DNA of 64,000 nucleotides from Candidatus Multivorans sp. (GTDB lineage: Bacteria; Acidobacteriota; Thermoanaerobaculia; Multivoradales; Multivoraceae): the NCBI GenBank assembly GCA_965205095.1, contig OZ242040.1, forward strand, positions 1,607,787 through 1,671,786. Direction: 5' to 3'. The notes under the pieces are model-generated. The model was not told the DNA's origin, made no database searches, and was given only the letters and a program-made list of their open reading frames with translations. The translations under genes and the position numbers were made by a program. Below, one piece after another: positions 58,807-64,000 of the stretch (position 1 is the first letter of the stretch; each line of letters starts with the position of its first letter).

Positions 58807-61518
58807 TTACCCTCCTTCCACGAACTGCATCGCGTAGAGCTTGGCGCCGCGCATGCGAAAGACGACTTGCACCGTTCGGCCCACCAGCGGGCTTAGATCG
58901 GCGCCGGTCCCCAGCCAGTCGACTTCCTTCGCGATGAAGTCGCCGTTGACGTAGACGCAGTCGTCCACGGTGTAGCCCTCGATTGGCCGCCCCCGCTCGT
59001 CCAGGAAGCCGACCTGCAGGTAGCCGACGGCGTCGGTGTCGACGTTGAGTTGCAGGCGGTTGCCGGTGAAGGTGAGGGGCCTGGTGATCGCGGTCGTCTC
59101 GTGGCCGTAGGGACTGTCGAGGGAGATGAAGCCGTCGAGGCGCTGGACGAGGCGGTAGACGCCGCGGCCGTCCGGGTCTTCGGTGTGGGGCGAGTGGTAG
59201 TGGGTCTCGCCGAAGTAGTACTGCCAGAGCTCCTCGCCGCGGCGGACCATGCCCTGGGCGATGTAGGCGGTGACCACGTCGCGGCCCTCGTGCCGGCCGA
59301 TTCCCACGTAGGCCGGCTCGGGATGGCGCTTCCAGTCGAGCCCGTTGCGGCTGACGGCGACCTGCGATTCGAGCGGGCCGGAGCCGAGGCCGCGCTCTTC
59401 CAGGCCCAGCACGGTGCGGGCCTCCGGTCCGTCGCCGTAGTAGTGGAAGTAGCCCACCGGGAAGGCGAGGTAGGTGTCGGGCGCGTAGGGGTACTTGATC
59501 GCCTTGGTCAGGTAGAAGTCCACGCCTGCCGGGTCGTCGGGGGTCGGGTCGAACAGGTGGGGATACTCCATGCCGAAGCCGCCCGGCGTCAGCGGGCCGT
59601 TGTCCACCCACCAGGGCAGCGGGTCGCGGAGCGGATACTCGCCGCGCAGGTCGAGGTACTCCTGCTGCGTCAGCGGCGTGAACGGCTGGGTCGTCCGCAG
59701 GTCCTCGTGCTCCGTGACCACGGAACTGCGCTGCGTCGCGCCGCCGGGCGTGTGGAAGATGCCGGAACGGTGGAAGGCCACGTAGACCTGCCGCTGGTCG
59801 TCGTAGAAGGTGCTGCTCTGGGTGCCGGACCGGAACGGCAGGATGATGTTGCGGCGCCGCGTCCAGTTGTAGCCGTCGGGCGAGGTGTAGAGGTAGAGGC
59901 CGCGCCGCTGGTAGTCCGTGAGGTACTTCCAGTGTTCCTCGGGCGGGCCGTGCGGGTCCCGGAACGGGCTGCCGAGGCCGCCGACCATGTCGGGGATGAC
60001 GATGTTGCGGTGGCCGTTGATCTCGCCGCGCCCCTGGTCGGGCCGCTCGAAGTGGACGCCGTCGGTCGACGTGTAGACGGCAAGGTGGTCCTCCTCCACC
60101 GAGTTGTAGATGCGGATGACGCCGTCGTCGCCCTCGATGACCGTCAGGTGCTTGCGGAACGTGCCCCTGATGTTGTCGATGACGCGCTCGGCGCGCTTCG
60201 GCGGGTTGACGACGAACTCGGTGTCGCCGGAGGAGGCGAGGATGGCGCTGTCGATGAAGAGGTGCTTGCGGGTGCCGAGGTTGAGGGGTTCGGGCGAGGG
60301 GGCGGCGTCGGCGGTCGAGTCGTCGGTGGAGCTGTTGGTGGAATCGCCAGTGGAGGCGTTGGTGGAGGCGTTGGTGGAGGCGTTGGTGGAGGCGTTGGTG
60401 GAGGCGTTGGTGGAGGCGTTGGTGGAGGCGCCGGTGGAGTCGTTGGTGAAGTCGTTGGCGAAGAGGAGCGGCGGGCCCTGGGTGAGTTCCAGGGGTTCGG
60501 GTGCGGTGGCGAAGGTCGCCGCCGGGTCGAAACTGGGTGCGCCGGCGCCCCCGCCGGCATCCGGCGCGAAGTCGGCGGTGTAGACGAGGCCGCGGCTGAC
60601 GCGGAACTCGTCGAGCAGGCCAGTGAGGGGGCGGTCGAACAGGCCGTCGCTGCCGAGGACGAAGTAGGCCTCGTCGCCGGCGGGGAGGGCTTGGAGGGCG
60701 GCGGTGGGTGGTTCGGGTTGAGCGGTGCCGTCGACGTAGTGGGTTAGCTGGTTGGTGGCGGCGTCGTAGGTGAAGGCGTAGTGATGCCAGTCGGCGGCGG
60801 GCGCGGCATCGGCGGATGCGGCGTCGGCCGGTGAAGCGCCCGCTGGCGCCGGGCCGGCGGTGGGGATCTCGATGGCCGCGCCGGAAGGCTGGTTGCCGAG
60901 CACGAAACGGGAGCGGTCCGCCGACCACTTGAGTTGCGTGACGATGTCGTTCTCACCGCGGGGACCGGTGCCGATCTCGAAGACGACGGCTTCGGCATCC
61001 GCGGGGGCGTCGCCCGGCGCGTCGCCAGGGGAGTGCCAGAACTCGACCGTCCAGTCGAAGTCGCCGAGGTTCAGGGCGTTCGTCGTGGGATTCTTGAAGC
61101 CGACCTGCTTGCGGAGGTGGTTCTCGCCGGAGGTCATGAGGGCCGCGTAGTGGGCGGTGAACCAACTCAGCGGTTCCACGGTGCGGCCTTCGGGGATCGG
61201 CAGGCGAGCGAGGCCGAACTCGCCGGGCTTCTCTTCGGCCGGCGGCACGTCGAGCGGCGGGTCGAGCGGAGCGAGCAGCAGGGCGTTGCCGTAACGGCCC
61301 GGGACGACCCGGGCGCCGAGGCCAAGGGTCAGGACCAGGTCGTTGTCCGACATGTCGTCGAGGGTGTGGCTCGGGTAGAGGCCGGCCGGTTCGTCGAAGA
61401 GCCAGAGGGCGGTTGTGGTTGTGGTGTCGTCGGTGGCTGGGGCGTCGGGGGCCGGAGTGCAGGCCGTGAGTGCGATGAGGAGGGCCGTGGGGACAGCAGT
61501 AGAGAACCCCGCCCGCAC
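58807..61518 (-). CDS. Lipoprotein with an N-terminal LamG (concanavalin-like) domain, a (TNAS)n linker and a C-terminal glycoside-hydrolase-like domain
   Basis: GTG start giving MRAGFSTAVPTALLIALTAC (lipobox LTAC). LamG-like N-terminal half. The C-terminal function is a guess. Confidence 0.55.
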   Translation of the reverse strand: MRAGFSTAVPTALLIALTACTPAPDAPATDDTTTTTALWLFDEPAGLYPSHTLDDMSDNDLVLTLGLGARVVPGRYGNALLLAPLDPPLDVPPAEEKPGEFGLARLPIPEGRTVEPLSWFTAHYAALMTSGENHLRKQVGFKNPTTNALNLGDFDWTVEFWHSPGDAPGDAPADAEAVVFEIGTGPRGENDIVTQLKWSADRSRFVLGNQPSGAAIEIPTAGPAPAGASPADAASADAAPAADWHHYAFTYDAATNQLTHYVDGTAQPEPPTAALQALPAGDEAYFVLGSDGLFDRPLTGLLDEFRVSRGLVYTADFAPDAGGGAGAPSFDPAATFATAPEPLELTQGPPLLFANDFTNDSTGASTNASTNASTNASTNASTNASTNASTGDSTNSSTDDSTADAAPSPEPLNLGTRKHLFIDSAILASSGDTEFVVNPPKRAERVIDNIRGTFRKHLTVIEGDDGVIRIYNSVEEDHLAVYTSTDGVHFERPDQGRGEINGHRNIVIPDMVGGLGSPFRDPHGPPEEHWKYLTDYQRRGLYLYTSPDGYNWTRRRNIILPFRSGTQSSTFYDDQRQVYVAFHRSGIFHTPGGATQRSSVVTEHEDLRTTQPFTPLTQQEYLDLRGEYPLRDPLPWWVDNGPLTPGGFGMEYPHLFDPTPDDPAGVDFYLTKAIKYPYAPDTYLAFPVGYFHYYGDGPEARTVLGLEERGLGSGPLESQVAVSRNGLDWKRHPEPAYVGIGRHEGRDVVTAYIAQGMVRRGEELWQYYFGETHYHSPHTEDPDGRGVYRLVQRLDGFISLDSPYGHETTAITRPLTFTGNRLQLNVDTDAVGYLQVGFLDERGRPIEGYTVDDCVYVNGDFIAKEVDWLGTGADLSPLVGRTVQVVFRMRGAKLYAMQFVEGG
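60335..60470 (-). repeat. Perfect 12-bp tandem repeat (GGTGGAGGCGTT, 6 copies plus degenerate flanks) encoding the (TNAS)n linker
   Basis: Direct reading. Confidence 0.85.
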
Positions 61519-61690
61519 CGGGGCCGTTCTCTGGGTGCGCGGACCTTCTGGTCCGCTCTCGGGCGAAGCCGCGGAGCGGCGTAGCCCGAAGAAAGCGGCC
61601 GCCGGCCGAAGGCCGGCGACGTTGTCTCCGCCGCCTTCGGCGGCAGCGCACCAGAAGGTCCGCGCACCCAGAGAACGACCGTTGCCGGGA
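61500..61690. repeat. Inverted pair of type-A REP-like units with an internal spacer closely related to element 63650-63800
   Basis: GTTCTCTGGGTGCGCGGACCTTCTGGTCCGC ... CACCAGAAGGTCCGCGCACCCAGAGAAC. Confidence 0.7.
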
Positions 61691-61722
61691 GCCCCCTTCT
61701 CTACTGGTATCGGCGCGTCCAT

Positions 61723-63650
61723 CTAGCTCCCCACAGAGTCGGTCACCGCGAGGTCGGCATGCGGAATCACCAACGTCTCCACCAACTCATCATCAATCGA
61801 GTAGATCTCATACGTCACCCGCGGCTCCTCCCCCGCCGTCTCAAACGTCAGCAACCCGAACGAGTCCTTCAGGTTGTAACTGAACAACGCCCCCGGCTCC
61901 ACCGGGTGCGTATGGATGTTCGTCAACTGCCCGCTCAGAAGATCGTGGAACGCATAGCCGCTGTCCCGCTCGATCGCCCAGGCTTCGGAGCGATGCCGGT
62001 CTGACGAGAGCAGAACCACCCCGGTGACGTCGTTCTCCTCGATGAAGCGGAAGATCTCCTCGCGCTCCTCCGGGTAGCCCGACCAGGTGTCGCGGCTGCC
62101 GGGCTTGGCGCCGTCGGCCCAGGCGACGGGGCTGGCGATCACCTTGAAGGTGGCTTCGGAGGCCGCCCAGCGAGTCGAGCAGCCACGCCTTCTGCTCCGG
62201 ACCGAGCATGGTTGGGTCGTCGGGCCCGTCGTCGAAGGGGTTCGTCCGGTAGGTGCGGCCGTCGAGCATAAGTACGTCGACATCCCCGAGCGAGAACCCG
62301 AACCAGACGCCCGGGTGGGAGTCCGAGCCGTGGCCCGGGTTGTTCCAGTTGCGCCGGAACAGGTCCACCATCGGCTGCTTCCAGGCCGGGCGGTCGACGT
62401 AGGGGCCGAGCCAGATGTCGTCGACCGCGGCGTCGTGGTCGTCCCAGATGGCGTAGACGGGCATCGCGCTCACCAGGCGCCGGAACTCGGGGCGCGACTG
62501 GCGCTGGTAGTAGGTGTAGTCGTGGAAGGGGCCGGGTTGCTCGGGCAGGTCGATGTAGACGTTGTCGCCGAGGATGAGGAAGGCGTGCGGGGTGTGGCCG
62601 GCGATCGTGTCCCACATGCGCTCGTTGGCGGGGGTGTAGCCGGCGCAGCCGCCGAAGGCGATGGTGAAGGTGCCGGGTGTGCCGGGGCTGGGGGCGGTGC
62701 GGAGGGCGTAGGTCGGGGACGCGGGCGCCTGGAGCGGCTGCGACGACTGTGACGACTGTGACGACCCGGAGGATTGGGACGACCCGGAGGACTGCGACGG
62801 CTGGGACGACGCGGACGACTGCCCAAGCGGCGACCGCTGGGACGACCCGGAAGGCTCCGACGACTGCTCCGGCTGCGGCTTTGCCCGCGGCTCGGACGGC
62901 GCCGTCAGACGGACCTGGTAGCTGTAGGTCGTGTCGGGCGAGAGACCTTCAAGGGTCGCGGTGCCGGTGAAGTCACGGTCGGCGTTGGTGGCGCCGGAGG
63001 CGACGTGATGCTCGTCGGCGGTTGTCGCGATGACTTCGAGGGGAGTTGCTTCGGCGGTGCGGATCCAGACGCGGGCGGTCGTGTCGGTGACGGCGCCCAG
63101 CATGGGCCCGTGGACGATCGCGTGCTGCGGGCTCGCCGCGTGTAGGGCGAAGGTCGCGGTTGCGGCAAGCGGCGCGAGTAGCTCGCGCGGGCCAGCGAGG
63201 AAGCGGCCGAAGGGCATGCCGGCGTCGAGGGCTGCCTGCATGGCTCCCTCGGCTTCGTCGATCCGGTCGAGTTGGGTGAGCGCTACAGCGCGGATGAAGT
63301 GCGATTCGGCGTCGTCCGCGTCGTCGGCGAGCCGGGCGTCGGCGAGTTCGATGGCTCTGGCCGGGTTGCCGTCGAGGATCTCCAGGAGTTGCCGCTGGCC
63401 GCGGCGCTTGTAGTAGAGGTCGGCGGAGCGCTCGTCGAACATGCGCCGGCTCCACTCGTTCTCGGCGCCGTAGAAGGGGTGCGGGTTGTCGCCCTCGTAG
63501 GCGTCGGGCGGGCCGAACTCGCCGAAGTTCTCGCCGCCGGGGTTGCCGGCTTCGCGGGCTGTGAGTTCGGCGGTGCGGTCGTCGACAGGGGCGGAGCAAG
63601 CAACGACTGCCGCCGTGATGAGCAGTAGGAGGCCCAGGTGAGCGGTCCTC
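61723..63650 (-). pseudogene. phoD: PhoD-like alkaline phosphatase / metallophosphoesterase lipoprotein, frameshifted near 62150. Contains a degenerate (SSQ)n linker.
   Basis: FLILGDNVY, WDDHD and GDVDVLMLDGRTYR lie in one frame. The continuation (VIASPVAWADG...VVLLSSDRH) lies in another frame (ORF 61723-62283). The start codon is unclear. Confidence 0.6.
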
Positions 63651-63800
63651 CCACTGTCGGTGCGCCGGCCTTCTGGCCGGCTCTCGGGCGAAGCCGCGGA
63701 GCGGCGCAGCCCGGACAATGAGGCCGCCGGCCGGAGGCCGGCGACGTTGTTTCCGCCGCCTGCGGCGGCAGCCGGCCAGAAGGCCGGCGCACCGGCAGTC
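63650..63800. repeat. Approximately 140-bp MITE-like element with terminal inverted repeats CCGGCCTTCTGGCCGGC ... GCCGGCCAGAAGGCCGGCGCACC
   Basis: The internal sequence is near-identical to 61560-61680. Confidence 0.7.
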
Positions 63801-63815
63801 GGACTGCGGGCAGAA

Positions 63816-64000
63816 CTACCGGTCGACGAAGGCGCCATCTTCTGTCGTCAAGGTGCTCCAGCTCTTCGGCTCGTACGGGAACTTCGCGGCTACCTCCTCG
63901 TCCAGGTCGATGCCGAGGCCGGGGCGGCTGGGAAGCTTCGCGAAGCCGCGTTCGTAGGAGAAGTGGCCGCCGTGGAAGAGGTCCTGCCAGAACGGGTCCT
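63816..64000 (-). CDS. Enolase-superfamily (mandelate racemase / muconate-lactonising enzyme) protein, C-terminal end only
   Basis: Reverse translation ends ...LPSRPGLGIDLDEEVAAKFPYEPKSWSTLTTEDGAFVDR*. Confidence 0.5.
   Translation of the reverse strand, partial: DPFWQDLFHGGHFSYERGFAKLPSRPGLGIDLDEEVAAKFPYEPKSWSTLTTEDGAFVDR

Noticed and set aside
60335-60470. CRISPR array
   Set aside because: The repeats are 12-bp perfect tandem units without spacers, lie inside a coding frame and encode a TNAS linker. No cas genes are present.
58709-60928. 1626-aa ORF 56048-60928 and antisense ORFs 59050-60747, 57630-58736 and 60953-61651
   Set aside because: Only the part 56048-58708 has protein-like composition (signal peptide, beta-helix, aldolase). 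The remainder overlaps the well-supported lipoprotein gene on the same strand in another frame.

Overview
This window is high-GC (roughly 65-70%) bacterial chromosomal DNA in three zones. Positions 1-15,500 are core metabolism. They hold a partial GrdB/PrdB-family selenoprotein B gene with an in-frame TGA (putative selenocysteine) and a SECIS-like hairpin, followed by gabD, an MmgE/PrdD gene, an acyl-CoA dehydrogenase, a VapBC pair, and a four-gene C5-dicarboxylyl-CoA cluster (two MaoC hydratases, a family III CoA-transferase and a CitE/HpcH-like lyase). Positions 15,500-53,300 are a lower-GC accessory and defence mosaic that begins immediately after the lyase gene. It contains a CBASS-like nucleotidyltransferase plus patatin phospholipase operon with an extra GIY-YIG gene, and three paralogous PD-(D/E)xK (NucS/DUF91-like) genes, two of them preceded by a small GIY-YIG gene. 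Two identical IS3-family insertions have their own 3-bp target duplications and each disrupts a gene. Also present are an IS21-family element with a frameshifted istA, HicB with a truncated HicA, an orphan UPF0175 antitoxin, and ArsR-associated genes. The zone ends with a radical-SAM / small protein / 1341-aa NACHT NTPase operon, a DUF262-HNH protein and a single-chain MmeI-like Type IIL restriction-modification enzyme. Fragments of the CitE-like lyase gene recur at about 29.15, 37.45 and 41.3-41.6 kb. Positions 53,600-64,000 return to high GC and encode cell-envelope and secreted proteins. The 3' end of an HpcH-aldolase domain is duplicated there around a TonB-like gene and a second VapBC pair. 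A beta-helix-aldolase fusion protein, a LamG-plus-glycosidase-like lipoprotein, a frameshifted PhoD and an enolase-superfamily gene end are also present. Two related families of GC-rich palindromic repeat elements (REP/MITE-like) occupy intergenic gaps along the whole window. Because GC is so high, the ORF track contains many long spurious alternative-frame ORFs. No rRNA, tRNA or CRISPR array was found.
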